A stretch of 64,000 nt of DNA from Podarcis erhardii. Lineage: Eukaryota. The position numbers were made by a program, and so were the translations under genes. Below the pieces are notes generated by a model. The model was not told the origin of the DNA and searched no databases. It saw only the letters and a program-made list of their open reading frames with translations. Below, one piece after another: positions 24,451 to 38,271 of the stretch. How positions within the stretch are numbered: the stretch's first letter is position 1; every line of letters starts with the position of its first letter. The stretch lies in NCBI GenBank assembly GCA_964252035.1, contig OZ176202.1; one strand, given 5' to 3'.

Positions 24451-25875
24451 GTGAGTAGCTCCCAGCTAATACAATCCAATTACTGGTCTTCCTCTTGCCA
24501 GGTTTGTGGTAGCCATTGATTGAATAAGGCTATCAGTGACCATTAACCATGATGCCTATGCACTCCTTGAATGTTGGAGCGTAGGCAATTCATCTTTGAA
24601 TACTAGTCACTGGAACTTCCAAGTGGGGAGAGCACTATTGCACTCTGTTCCTGCTTGTGGGCTTTCTGTAGGCCTCTGGTTGTTACAGCAGGATGTTAGA
24701 CTAGATAGGCCTTTGACTTGATCTAGTAGGGCTCTTCTTTAGCTCTTAATTGCAATGGACCTCTCACACATTGTGTATACAACCTTTTGGGTTTCATCCA
24801 CATTGGTTTTTAAGGCTTTGGACAAATGGTTCCACACTGTGCAGTCTGCTGAAATGTCTAAAACAGAATTAATCAGTGGGGGATATGTATATGTTTCAGC
24901 TGCCTAAGCAGTGGGCCTGACCCCCATTCTCCCTCCCCCTTTAGATGTTAAAATGGAAACACAAAAAGGGGAAGCTACATATTCACATCTCTGATCTGTG
25001 CTTGGCAGTGCTTTTGGGAAACAGCACCGTGCCATATAAAGTTGCTATCTCTGCATGTGCAGAATCAGATATCGGATTCTGTGGCTAGAAGAATCGGACA
25101 AATTGGGCATTGCTGAGCAAGGCTGTAAGCCCTGCAGCATAACTGGTTATGTTGGTGTTAATGGTTATCTAGGTGACCTAGAGACCATCGAGTTGTGAGT
25201 CCTGCAAGTGCTGGCCTTTGCTGGCTTCCTGGTCCATTTCCACCTGGCCTGTCCTCAGTAGACAGACCCCCTAACTGACTCTGGTGACAAAAGGCTGCTG
25301 TTGCATGTGCCTACAATGTTTTTCATACCTGTAGGGCAGTCCTAAATGTTGTTTTTGTTAGCTTGCTAGTGTGGATTTTAAATACTACATTGAATATACT
25401 GATTGGTTTATTTTAATTAAAGCTGTTATACTGTAGTTATTTCTTGCACTTATTGGCACCCACTTTGAGCGTATCTTGGAAAAGCAGCATATAAATAACT
25501 TGGATGAAAATTGGAAGCTCTGCGCAAAACCCATGAATGTTGTTTTGGTTGTGTAAAATACAAGCGTGTAATATGAGTTGTTTGGAACTTTCATGTCATG
25601 TTATGGCAAGCCTGGGGGAGGTCTCTCCTCAGCTTGTCCTGCATTTCCTGCCTGCCTTTGCTGCTGCTATAGGTTGTGCTAGGGAAGCCCTATTAATAGT
25701 ACAAGAAGAGGAAAAAGCTCTTTGGAGGCAGGAAAACCAAGTCAGGAAAGAATAGGAGGAAGTGTGGCTGCCATTTCGCCAAACAATTTGGAAGGCATTG
25801 AGCCTCCAAACTTGCAAGCTTTGTCATTGTTGCAGAGAATGTGATCTGAGCACAATTCCTTTGTTTGTCCTTCAG

Positions 25876-26017
25876 AAATATTCAAAAGAGGGCCTTGAAT
25901 GAGAAGGGTGAAGGAATGAAGAAGAAACCCCTTAGCTGTTCAACGTTATAGAGAGCAGAAAGGAGGAGAAACTGGACCGACACGAAAGATCTCCACATCA
26001 ATTACACGCACACAGAG
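25876..26017 (+). other. Putative non-coding 5' UTR exon of RASGRP3
   Basis: Acceptor ttgtttgtccttcag| and perfect donor GAG|gtaagt, 142 nt, purine-rich. All three frames contain stops, so it is non-coding. Confidence 0.45.
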
Positions 26018-28595
26018 GTAAGTGTCCGCATCTGCATTTCAGAGTGAGTTTGTTGGCTTAACAGAGAGATGCAAGTAACTCTAAGGTCTGGATAACTAAT
26101 TAGTAAATAAGGTCACTGTTTTAGATTTCAGTATACCTTTTTTATAGGGGAAGAGAGATTGTAGAAGGGTAATTGCTCTTGGTTACAATCAAGCCTAAAC
26201 ATCATTAGAAAATTAGGTGTGTTGTAAGACCATTGTTGTGTATCTCACAATAGCTACAGAAATATTATCAACACAGGTCAATTAATTTTAGAGTGAGAGG
26301 GCGCATTTAATTGTTTATAACCATAAATCTATGGATAACATTGGTCAGCCAATAGCTGCTCCTGCGAAAGAATCACATGTCATCTGCAATGAGGAAAGCA
26401 TCTACTGTCTTCTCTGAAAGGCACTGATGCCTCTAAAACAACATCATATCTACTCCAGCTCTCTTTTACCATAATTTGTGGTGCATGATCCTGGTAAGTT
26501 AATGATTTGTCCCTATTTTACTTCTTGGTGATGATTTTTTAGGGTCATCAGTGGTTCACTGTCTACCCCTCACCCCAACTGCTCTAGATTTCTTCATTTT
26601 ACAGTTCCCTCCTGAGATCTCTAGGAGTTAAATCTAGGAGTGCTTCTTTTTTCACAATTGTTACCTCAGAATAAAATCCCTGATATTATGCAGACCTACT
26701 CAGGAGCAAATACTTTCTGACATTAGTGTGCTACAGACTGTGCAGGGAAAGGAACCCTTTTTTCATCCTGAAGGCTGGATTCCTATCTGGGCAACTTTCT
26801 GAGGGCTACTGTATGGTGGTTGGTGAGGTAAGAGGCAAATGTGAGTGGAACAAATGTAAATTTTACCTGTGTACAGTGGTTTAGTTTTACTCACACTCAT
26901 TTGCTCATCTCTATCCCCCATCCAGGCAAGCAAGAAGAGGCATTATCAGGGTTCAAAGACAAAATATTTGGGGTATGGAGCAGAGCCAGTGAGGGATGCA
27001 GCCTGGGAAGAGGGTTTGTGGTGAGGAGAGATTTCTGAGGACCTGACAGAGAGACCTGGAAAGCCACATTCAGCCCCCAGGCCACCCCTCCGCTACACAC
27101 ATAGAACAGGAGTCCACCAATTAGTTCTCAGAGAGCAGGGAAGTAACTTCTATTTCCCCAGGCCATACAACTAGAAAAAAGCTATCTCAAATAAGTCACT
27201 ACCCCTTTCAGTAGTTCTGAAGCTAGAGAGGAAAGGAAGCATTTTTAAAAGCCAGGAAAAACAAGGAGGAAGTAAACAGGAAGGAATGGACAGAATAAAT
27301 GAGCAACTTTAGGAGGTGTCTGGTGCTACATAAAATGTGGTGACCCATCTCTGACATGCAAAATGGTCCTTACCAGGCAGCCCTTTAACAAGATAGCTCA
27401 TCTGTTTTCATTCTTATTCTTCTTGTTAGGCTTCGTATTCTCTGTTTAATCATGATGCACTTTTGGGTGGAGGTTTGCTTTTCCCTCTGAGAAACCAATC
27501 TGAGAAACCATCTCTTGACGTTGAAGGTAGGAAAATTATTTCATATTACTGGGTACTCATTAAACAGAGAGAGACACAAACAAACTGGAGCTCTGCTACC
27601 CAGCTGTAATGTCATAATTTAAAGGTGTGTTTTTTTCACCTCAGGTTTTGTAGGATCACATGATGGCTGCTGCGGCATCTAGTAGCAAAAATGAGTGTGT
27701 ATGAATGGGAAATGAGGTCATCTGGTATATTGTAAGAACTGGTGGTAGGGCATAGGCAGGGAAGCCTGCCGTAGGTGGAGCCAGAGCCACTGATTGTAAG
27801 CGATATAATAATAGCTGGGAGCTTTTGGAAAGCTCACTGACAAGGCATGAAAGTGAAATCCTTCCCCTGTTTGTTCTCAGCATCTGGAGTTCAGAAGCAG
27901 ACTATTCTGAACATGGATGCCTCATTTATCCAACATGGATTATAACCAGTGCCAGAGCTACCTCAATACATTGTCAGGCAATGTTTCATAGCTAAAGGAA
28001 GATCAGGCCAATTGCAGCCTCACATGCCATTCTCTCAGGCAGGTTTCCGAAGAAGAAAAAATGAGGCTTTTTAATGGAAACCAGCATGCACACATATTGG
28101 CCAGGACCGAAAGAACCACATCAGTTCCATATGCTCAAGGCATTTGTTTGGGTTAGTAGTTCTTAAACAGCAGCTCCCTGAGTTGCACGGCAAGGTTTTG
28201 AAACTGAGAGGTGCTTAAAAGCCCTTAAGATATGGTAGTGGTTTTGTCATTCAAAGTGAATGAGGTGGGGTTTTTTTAGAAAAAAGGAGAAAAGGAAGAA
28301 ACTCACTAGTGAGGCTCCAGCTCTTGGCTGCATCTCAGACAGCTCTTTGGATCCCAGCCTGTGAGTTGCAGCTGACAGCAAAGTAGAACTGTTTGGTTTC
28401 TTCATTCCATATGCGTATCTCGTCTTGTGCCTGACTAGGAGGTAGTCTCATGACTTTAAAGAGGGGATTACATAGGGAGTTGAACAATAAAAAGATTCAG
28501 TGCCATCCCCATGCTATGGCAAACGTTATGACTATTTGCCATTTTTTACTGAATCATGTGACTAATAGGGTTTTGCTAAAGTAGCAGATGATGTC

Positions 28596-28637
<42 letters not shown>

Positions 28638-30503
28638 TTGGTGAGTTTTGGACTTACCGTTATACTGTTAGACATTAGTTGCCTGTTGCAATATATGCCT
28701 GATGGCAGATAAAGAACGGAAAATATGGGTGCTACTCTGACCTGTCCTAGTGGGATATTGGCCTGCTTGAAGTCTGCTGTTGTCAAGGCAACACTTTGGG
28801 AATTAGCCTTCTGTCCTGACCTCTGTCAGTGGAAAGCTGAGGCCAAGGTATAGGATGGGGATGCTTTCGCGTGGGCTGGTCCTGTGAGGTTCTGAGCCGT
28901 GAGTACAATAAGGCCTCAGGCTGCCTGGCCTCTGGCCCCTTCAGGATGACTTAGGCCTGAGGTTGAAATATGAGCTAATTTTAGGTTGGAAGTCTTGTAA
29001 TGAAATGATGAGGATATTGTTTTTAACCTGACTTGGTTTTAGGTAACTTCACTTATTTATTACCGTTGAATCCTGTTTTTCCTTTGAAAACTTGCACAAG
29101 TGCTCTCAGGATGGCTATGCACTGATACGAAAGTCACCGTAGGAAAGTACTTGTTCATTTTCCTGCTAATATAAATACGCCAACATTTATTCAAGCTCTG
29201 TAATCATAGGGCATTTTTAGAGTCAATGTACTATTCCTAAATGTCTTACTAATTTATGTGTATAGCACATATAGTGCCCTAAGCCACTAAGTGTTAATTA
29301 TGGCATTGGTAACAGAAACAGCATACAGCAAACAGCATCTGAGCCTGGAGGATAGTAGCCACCTTTGATAGACACCTCCATAAATTTGCCTAATGCCCTT
29401 TAAACTCAGCTAAGCTAGTGGTCATCCCCATGGCTTGTTCCACATATTAATTACTCCCTGTGTGAAAAAGTCATTTCATTCATTCATCCTGAATATTCTG
29501 TCAAATCGGTTTCGTTTTATCAACCTGAGAGGGAGGAGAAAGACCCTGATCTACTTTCTATACCCATGTGTTCTTTTAGAAGCCTCTATCTTGTCTTTTT
29601 TATTGTAGCAGGTCCTTGTAGGGGATTTGCTTCTGCCTTTTGGCTATTTTAGATACCTTTTTCTGCACCTTTTGCAGTGCTACAATATCATTTTTGAGAC
29701 AGCACTAACTAACTACCCCTGCCCTGGTCTCTCAGGATGAAAAAGGTCCTTTTATGCTGTAGCTGGCAACAGTAATACATAGATTAACAAGTTCAGAAAC
29801 GGCAAAAGGGCTTAATGTGAAAGGAAATAAACATGTTTATCTTTAAGAGTGGTGGAAAAGATTTCTTGGCTGTATCCATACATAAATGTCTCATGACAAT
29901 AGATTATGAATTGGACTGGGAATGGGAGCAAGGCGGGAATAAAAGGCCCTTTCTTCTAACGGTCTGACATTGTTTATGTGGAATTTTAATCATGCTACAC
30001 TTGATGAACTGTGGGACCCACCTGACTTAGGAAATGACATGAGCTCTTTTTCCATGTTGGTTGAGCAGACTAGTAATATATTAAACCTCTTTTCCACTTA
30101 AACACCAAGGACTTACACTGCATGGTGTGGTTAGAAAATCCCTCCAGTTGTGGATCGAATCAGCTGGGTGCTTGCCTGTCACAAGACTGCAGGGGCTGTG
30201 GTGGTGTATGTATGTGTTTATGTGTTACTTTGTAATGCTGGGCTGTCTCGTGTAATATGGCTGTGACATGGGTGGTTGTGGAAAGGCCATAGTGGGGCAG
30301 TGATTCCATGCAGGAGCATCTGTGAGCACTCCATATCATCCAATCCTCATCACCATAAAAGTCTAGGGACAGGAGGAGAAGCCACATGGGAGAGCCTCTT
30401 TTAACGCTCTTTTCTTTCTTTCTTTCTTTTTTTTTTTAAATGCCTCTCTTTCAAAGTTTGTCTTTCATAAGAAGGCTTAATACTTGGATATATTCAACAT
30501 TAA

Positions 30504-30850
30504 GGGACGCGGGTGGTGCTGTGGGTTAAACCACAGAGCCTAGGGCTTGCTGATCAGAAGGTCGGCGGTTTGAATCCCCGCGACGGGATGAGCTCCCGTT
30601 GTTCAGTCCCTGCTGCTGCCAACCTAGCAGTTCGAAAGCACAAAGTGCAAGTAGATAAATTGGTACTGCTCCAGCGGGAAGGTAAACGGCGTTTCCGTGC
30701 GCTCCTCTGGTTCACCAGAAGCAGCTTAGTCATGCTGGCCACATGACCCAGAAGCTGTATGCTGCCTCCCTCGGCCAGTAAAGCGAGATGAGCGCCGCAA
30801 CCCCAGAGTCGTCCACGACTGGACATAACGGTCAGGGGTCCCTTTACCTT
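30504..30850 (+). mobile_element. Sauria SINE, full length
   Basis: Runs gggacgcgggtggtgctgtgggttaaacc...ctttaccttt. 13-bp TSD TATATTCAACATT at 30489-30501 and 30851-30863. Confidence 0.93.
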
Positions 30851-31046
30851 TATATTCAACATTGCACTGCAAAATCAGTGTTGAAAATGTTTGTTGTAGT
30901 TAGTGTGTACATAGCACAATAACCAGAGAAAGAAAGGCTCCTGAGGAATAATTGCATGTAGCCTGAAGTCCACCTAAAGGACACTCTAGAGTGGGAGTCG
31001 ATTCACATGAAATAAATTGCTATTCAGAGCCTCTGCTGTATTTTTT

Positions 31047-32113
31047 TTTTTTAATAATATTTATTGAATTTTCCAGTAAAACATACCAATACAAAACAAT
31101 TACAATAAAGACAAACACAAACAAAAAACAAGTATAATTCCAAAAATTATTTTCTCAACCTAATTTCCCCGACTTCCTCATACCTCACCGTTTTGTATTC
31201 TAATTTCATTATCCCGTCAGCAACTCCATTCCCTTATTTCCCAAATTTTTTTAACAAATTCCATTCCTTTTCATACTCTAATATCTCTGAAAACCACCAT
31301 ATTTTTAAATCCACGTCAATCTAACATTCCTTAATCTTATAGTATTTATTAAGATAGTCCTTAAATTTCTTCCAATCTTCTTCCACTGTCTCTTTCTCCT
31401 GGTCTCGGATTCTGCCCGTCATCTCTGCAAGTCCCATATAATCTGTCATCTTCATCTGCCATTCTTCCAGGGTTGGTAAGTCTGATGTCTTCCAATACTT
31501 TGCAATGAGAATCCTTGCTGCTGTTGTAGCATATAAAAACAAAGTTCTATCCTTCTTTAACACCACATGACTAACCATGCCCAGGAGGAAGGTCTCTGGT
31601 TTCTTCAGGAAAGTGTATTTAAACATCTTCTTCATTTCGTTATATATCATTTCCCAGAAAGCCTTAATCCTTGGGCATGTCCACCAGAGGTGAAAGAATG
31701 AACCTTCATTCTCTTTGCATTTCCAACATTTGTTATCTGACAAGTGGTTAATTTTTGCAAGCTTGACTGGGGTCATGTACCACCTATATATCATTTTCAT
31801 AATATTTTCTCTCAAGGCATTACACGCCGTGAATTTCATGCTGGTAGTCCACAACCTTTCCCAGTCAGCGAACATAATATTGTGACCAATATCTTGTGCC
31901 CACTTGATCATAGCTGATTTAACAGTTTCATCCTGCGTATTCCATTTCAGCAGCAAGTTATACATTTTTGATAAGTTCTTAGTATTGGATTCTAACAATT
32001 CTGTTTCCAATTTAGATTTCTCCACCTGGAAACCAATTTTCTTATCCATCTTGTAAACCTCCAATATTTGATAATAGTGAAGCCAATCTCTAACTTTGTC
32101 CTTTAGTTTCTCA
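31047..32113 (-). mobile_element. Young 5'-truncated L1-clade LINE (ORF2 C-terminus, 3' UTR, poly(A))
   Basis: Uninterrupted ORF to the stop at 31321 with the CCHC motif CWKC...HLWWTC, and a poly(T) tract on +. 15-bp TSD TCTGCTGTATTTTTT at 31032 and 32114, with a TTTT/AA endonuclease site. Confidence 0.92.
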
Positions 32114-32365
32114 TCTGCTGTATTTTTTAAAAACCTTGGATTGTATCTGTTGCATTTCATAACAGTACGTAAATATATTCAAAGGCCCTTTTTGCATCAG
32201 GTGATAGTGGTGATGGCAATAATTATTAATAATAATAATGGACTTTAGTTGTCTCAGGAAGCTTTCTCGTGGCAACCCCATTGTGAACATCAGTCCTAAC
32301 TTAAGTGCTGGATCTAGGCCTATACAGTTTGGCCCACCAGCCTGATCCTTTTCTGCACCCCTAGT

Positions 32366-32668
32366 CAGGGCCGGATTTAGGTTTGATGAGGCCCTAAACT
32401 ACTGAAGGTAATGGGGCGCTTTATATGTTCAGCTGTCCTTTGTCAACAACAAATTGCTGTTTTTTTTGTGTTCAATATATGCTATATACTAATTTATGGA
32501 CCTAAACCGTGTTGCTGTATGTAGGTTTTATTTTATTTGTTTTTTTTATCTTATATTTTGGAAATGTACATCCAGTTGTTCTTTTCCTTTAATTTTTTTT
32601 GGGGGGGGCCCCAAGAGAGTGGGGCCCTAAGCTATAGCTTGTTTAGCTTATACATAAATCTGGCACTG
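32366..32668. mobile_element. hAT-like MITE
   Basis: CAGGGCCGGATTTA...TAAATCTGGCACTG termini and an 8-bp TSD (C/T)CCCTAGT. Confidence 0.8.
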
Positions 32669-32978
32669 TCCCTAGTCTATGACCTGACCAGTTAGACATA
32701 TTGGTGACTGCAGCAGACTTCAAGCATGGACTTCCAAGTATGAAAGCTCTCTGAAAGAACACAGTCCTGCTGGAGATTTCAAGACTTTCAGCATTCACTT
32801 AAATGTGGGTATGTGGAAGAGCAATAGAGCAAAGGAAATCTCTGGGTCTTAGCTTATACTTCTTGATGAGCAAACAACTGAAATTTATTTTTAGGTCTCA
32901 CATTATCCTTTAACATTGCATCTTCACACTGTTGTAATCTGCTCCGGAACCTCATGGTGAAGGACAGATAAGAAAACG

Positions 32979-33009
<31 letters not shown>

Positions 33010-33012
33010 CAA
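32979..33012. repeat. (AAT)n microsatellite
   Basis: Direct inspection. Confidence 0.9.
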
Positions 33013-35454
33013 TAAATTCCCCAAAGTGGTAAATGGGGAAAAGGCATGTGAAGCCCTTGGCCATTCCCTAGAGTTAAAGCCTTCGTTTTGTTGAATTCAG
33101 ACTTTATCACCAGACCCTGCATATGATGGTGGCAGACATTTCATGCTGCCTGAGTTTACTGCCCCAGGACTGCCATATCTGCAGAAAGTTTTACTTTCCA
33201 TCATGTCCTCCAGATGCCTTTAAGCTCAGCCACTTAATGTGAGAGCTGCTGATTTATTTATACCTGGCATCTTAATCACACTTGGATATTTTTAAAACGT
33301 CCTGCCTGGTGATACTGGAGCTGCTTTCATTAACTCTATTTCCATCAAAGCCCTATTGCGTGATGTATGGACCAGTGAGGTAGATCAGCCAATCTGGCGG
33401 CAGCTTTTCTTTTGAGCTAATATAATTTTTTTAAAAAAGTAAACAAACAAAAACGCTATTGGGTGAGAGTAGAGCACAAGGACCAAGTTTTCAAAAAAGG
33501 CACGCTCCTTAAGGACAGTTTCTGGGTTAACAACAATGTGCACTTTGGTTGCAGGACTCATGGTGGATGAGTTCATAGTAACCCAAATATACATTAACCT
33601 CCCAAAAAAGCCCCTTTTGACGGTTGATGGACCTCCAAAATAACTGGGGAAGTGCCCTTCTGAGGAGAGGACATAATTGCTTTTTTGTATTGGGTTTGGA
33701 TCTTAAAGTACTGTAAGTCCTCTGTGCCCGATCACAATTATTAATATTTACTAAATTTGTATACCACTTTTCATCCAGGGCAGTTCACAGCACATTGTTC
33801 AGGGCAGAGCCAGCTCTAGATCTGATGGGGCCCTGGGCAATATGTCCTTTTGTGGAGGGGCCTCACCTGTCTGTCCATGGGCTGTGGTGGGCTCATTTGA
33901 CTGTGGTTGCAGTGCTCCAAGCAGTGGTGGGCAGCTGGGTCTAGCCACCCTGTTAACTTCTCACGACACCCCAGAGCAATGCTTGCTCAGGGGGCATTGT
34001 GGGGAAATCAAAAGGGTGGCCAGATCCAGCTGGCTGGTGCTGCTGATGGAGCCACGTCTCATACCCCACCCCAAAGGGCAGGCACCAGCTGGATCTGCCA
34101 GGTTTCAGGGCCCTGGTAGTTACCCAAGGGTGCCAGGTGAAAATGCCAGCTCTGGTTTAAGAACCCCCTTATCTTTCAGAGAAGACAGAGGAGAAAATGG
34201 AAAAATTTTATTCTATGAATTTCTTAGGATCCAAGCCAGCATCTTTATAGCATTTTTTAACGTAGCCCACATATATAGGACTTTGTGGGGAAATGTCAAG
34301 GGGAACAGTTTTTCCTCAAGAAACCTCCTGAGACTCTCTAGTGCCAACCACTTCAGCTAAAAGTGCTAAAAGACTGAGATGGCTGTAAGCACTTTAAAGG
34401 GGTGCTAGTTTTCAGATATCTCTGGATGGGAGGAGAGGTGAGATTTCAGGAAAGGAAAGGTTTGTCAAGGTCCAAGGCCCACTCAGTCAAGGTTAAGCTG
34501 CAAGAAACCAGAGTATTTTAAGAACATTTCTTGCATTTCCCCCTTATTTACACTGCATCATAAAAGCAGTAACTCAAAACATTTGATCTCCCCCTATTAT
34601 CCTTCAAGGCTAAGAAATTAATGTGCTTAACACACACAGTTTATATATAATCCCATGTATCTAGTGAGTATCTCTTTAAAAGACATGCCTGGTCAGTAAT
34701 AGAAACTCCTTTCTCTGGGTGTGGTTCCCTCCATAGTTTATAGCTGGGCCTAAGGCTAACCTATGTAGTAAGTCCCAGCTGCTCTGCCAAGTTGTTGATT
34801 TGTTGTTCACAAATAAAAACAGCTCTTGAGGTTTTCCTGACTTCTGCTGCTTTCTGGCTCTAGGGCAGACCCAGAGCAAGGTTTCCAAACACAGTGAGTA
34901 CCCTTCCCAGACCCACAAGGTACTACAATGTATAGTGCTCATTGCTGGTCAGGTTAGCCAGAGGAAATAGGTATTCCAGTAATCGCATGGATGAAGCAAT
35001 TGTACAAAGAAGTCTCATTGCAAAGTACCCTTTTAAGAACATAGTTTAATTATGTAAGCATGAGTAGCCTTAGGCTTGTAAGGAATGTATATCTATAATT
35101 CTTACCAGGTGGTGTCTAGCCTAAACAGATACCTTCAAGAAATAGGCAGGAAAAAATACGGTCAGCAGAACATAATACAGCGTTAGAGCCAGAGATGACA
35201 ACATCACAAATTAGGTTTTTCTTTGTCCCATTCTCGTGAAAGGTTTCTGCTCTTTGGGGTTCACCAAGACAACTGCTTTCCAGAACCTGACAGCATAACT
35301 AAGGACACTGTCTTTTTAAAGCACATTCAACACACATTAAATGTATAGTGTTGATGTGCCTTGAGGCTATTGTGGAAATGTCCCGAGGAATGGTAATAGC
35401 TTTCCTCCACCCATTCTGGGGCAGACTTGAGATTTCTTTCCATTTTAGAATAAT

Positions 35455-35760
35455 AGTATTGTAGAACTATAGAGCTGGAAGGGACCCCAAGGGTTATGTA
35501 GTCCAGCCCCCCTGCAATGCAGATGAGATGGGGTGAGTGGACCTCAAACCCCACCCTTCCATGATGTTGCAGAGGCTTCAAGGGCACACTCATAAAGTTC
35601 TACCAACATGGTAGGCATCCCTTGAGTTATGCTTCCCCAAGCACCTTCCTATTCTACCTGCATGGTCATGCTAGCTCTGCTCAGAAAACCTTCCCTCCAG
35701 CCTTTTATCACCATCAAGTTAGGTTGTGCTGCCCTCTGCAGCTTGATTGGGTCAAGGAGG
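35455..35760 (-). mobile_element. CR1 3' end remnant
   Basis: agagctggaagggaccccaaggg...tagtccagcccc is the antisense CR1 3' terminal motif (recall). Confidence 0.5.
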
Positions 35761-38040
35761 CCCATAAGATGCTGTGTAAATCGCCTTTATCAAGTCAAGC
35801 TCTAGGTGCAAGCCTTTGAGATGAGGCAAGAGGGCAAATAAACTGCACAGCGGGCACCCATGGCTGCTGGTGCTGCCTATTCTGGAATTGGGCCATGATT
35901 AGCTTTGGTTTCTCTTGGTGCAGTCAAACAGTGGGATTTGATTCTATGTGTTATGCAGATGTATGTTGATAACTCTATGTGCTATATGAATATATCGGCG
36001 CATAGGGCAAGTCTGCTAATTGGTCTGTTATCATTGTTTTTGCAGTTGGGGTGAATCTAAGCACATAGATTCCCTTGAATGCACTATTTGTGTATTGCCA
36101 AGTTATTGAATTTGGATAAATGGATGGACTGAAGCAACTGGTGTCAAAGCAAGCTAAACTCCCTGAGCAGTTCTTGATATTTGCTTAGGCAATTAAAAGG
36201 GGAAATCCCCCCTCCCCCCGCATCACCCTTCTGCTAGCAAGAATGATCATAGCAGATTCCAGGACTCTTCAGCCTTGACCCATGCTTAGAGAGATTGTTC
36301 CTGATGTTACTGTGTGGATTTCTAATCATCAGTGTGTATGAGAGCTTTTATAATATGTTGCAATTCTGTGATAGCAGAGTCAAGGAGTCGGGCATAAGTG
36401 ATAACACTGCAGACAGCGCTGTAGATTGGAGCCATGCAGATGGGATTTCCCCCTCTAGTCGGGTGCAATAGATGGAATGCGTTGGCTTTGGATGTGGGAA
36501 ACTCAGGTTCAGATTCCTGTTTTATCCATGAAGCTCAAGTCACTGTTGTCAGGGTTAAGATGAGATAAATCCATGCTATTGTCCTGAGCTTTTAAGAAGA
36601 TAGATATGATACAAAAGTGATTTTAAAAGTCTTCAGTTACTTTTCCCACGCCATCTGTCTCTTTCGGGTACTTTTAAACTGTCAATGTTGTGTATCACAC
36701 ACAATAATTGTTTATAAGATATTTGGCTATACTGCCTTTCTTAAATAACCAAGAATACACTGTGCAGTTTGTTTATTTTTATTCATTTACAAAAAAGATT
36801 TGCATACTGCAGTTTCATTAAAAATCAAAGCAACAGTTTACAACAATTATAATACAATTAAGAACCACACAAAAATGAAAACAGACGAGCACTTAGCTAT
36901 TATGGATGTTTTTTCTTAATTGCCTGCATGATTGTCTTCATGTTTTGGCATTAACTGAAACACAAACAGAGCAGTTGTAGTTCACCTTGTTCTGTTTAGA
37001 ACATCTTAACTCTGTGCAAGATGGTGCTTCTTATCTTTCCTCCCAAACCTTCCTCCTCAAGTTTTTATGAGACGGGTTATTAAGCAGGCAAAATAGCCAG
37101 AAAGGAAAGGCTTATATGATATGCAGTCTCTTACCACCCTGTTCCTTCGCTCAGACTGACACCCCTGAGGCTGCTTTTGATTGTCATCATTGTGGGACAG
37201 TTATGCACAATTGTATGTTACGTCTAATTTGGGTCTCTGCTGAATGAATGAGCATACTGGGTCTGATCCAGGAGCTTTTCCGCATTAGTCCTTTCTCCCA
37301 GCAGTGACTCCATTCATTCACTCATTTATTCCTAAAGTGACCTTTATCTAAATGAGTTATATTCCTAGTTTCCTACACTTACACCCAATGTAGGATCAAA
37401 GTTATTTTTATTGCTATTCTTAGTGATTTGTTGATCTTCCAGCAAAAGTGCAGTGCAAGCTTTGAGGTCTGAACTATCTCATTTAGTTTGGAGGAATTTG
37501 TTACACATTCGATGGTGACCTCTCTGTTACCACACCTACCTGTTCTAAAACCATATTGTGGAGTTCCTCAACTGGAAACTTTACTAATTCCTGCTACATT
37601 TCTCAAACAAAACGGGGTGCCCTTTAAGTCCACATTTCACTGATAGCATAGGAAGTATTTCTTGGTAGATTCAAAAAACCCCAATAGCCCACAGCTGTGT
37701 GGAGATGGGTTCATTATGTGTGTCTTTCTTATGGAACAGGCACACTCTTTCCTTGCAGACAGCTGATTACATCAGAAGAACCATGTGATAGGCTGTACCA
37801 GTATTGCCTACAAGCTTTTACAAATTGCATTAATGCCATGGCTTGAACCCATGGAAAAGCTCCCAACATGCTAGGGTAACACTTAAAAGGGGATTTGAGG
37901 TGGAATTGTACAGGAAGTTTTCCACTTCGTCTGATTTTGCTTTTTAAATGGAAGCTGAATGGGTAAATGGTATAAAGACTTGTCAATTTTGCCTACATGG
38001 TCTCGGTGTTACAGTACAAGAATAGGTGCTTTACTTAATA

Positions 38041-38271
38041 CAGTGGTACCTTGGGTTACAGACGCTTCAGGTTACAGACACTTCAGGTTACAGACTCCGC
38101 TCACCCAGAAATAGTACCTTGGGTTAAGAGCTTTGCTTCAGGATGAGAACAGAAATTGTGTGGCAGCAGCTGGAGGCCCCATTAGCTAAAGTAGTGCTTC
38201 AGGTTAAGAACAGTTTCAGGTTAAGAACGGAGCTCCAGAAAGAATTAAGTTCTTAACCCGAGGTACCACTG
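38041..38271 (+). mobile_element. Tigger-like MITE (family 1)
   Basis: TIRs, TA TSD and an interior matching the other copies. Confidence 0.9.

Noticed and set aside
33842-34360. 172-aa ORF
   Set aside because: No recognisable motif or splice structure; it overlaps decayed hAT-like MITE sequence.
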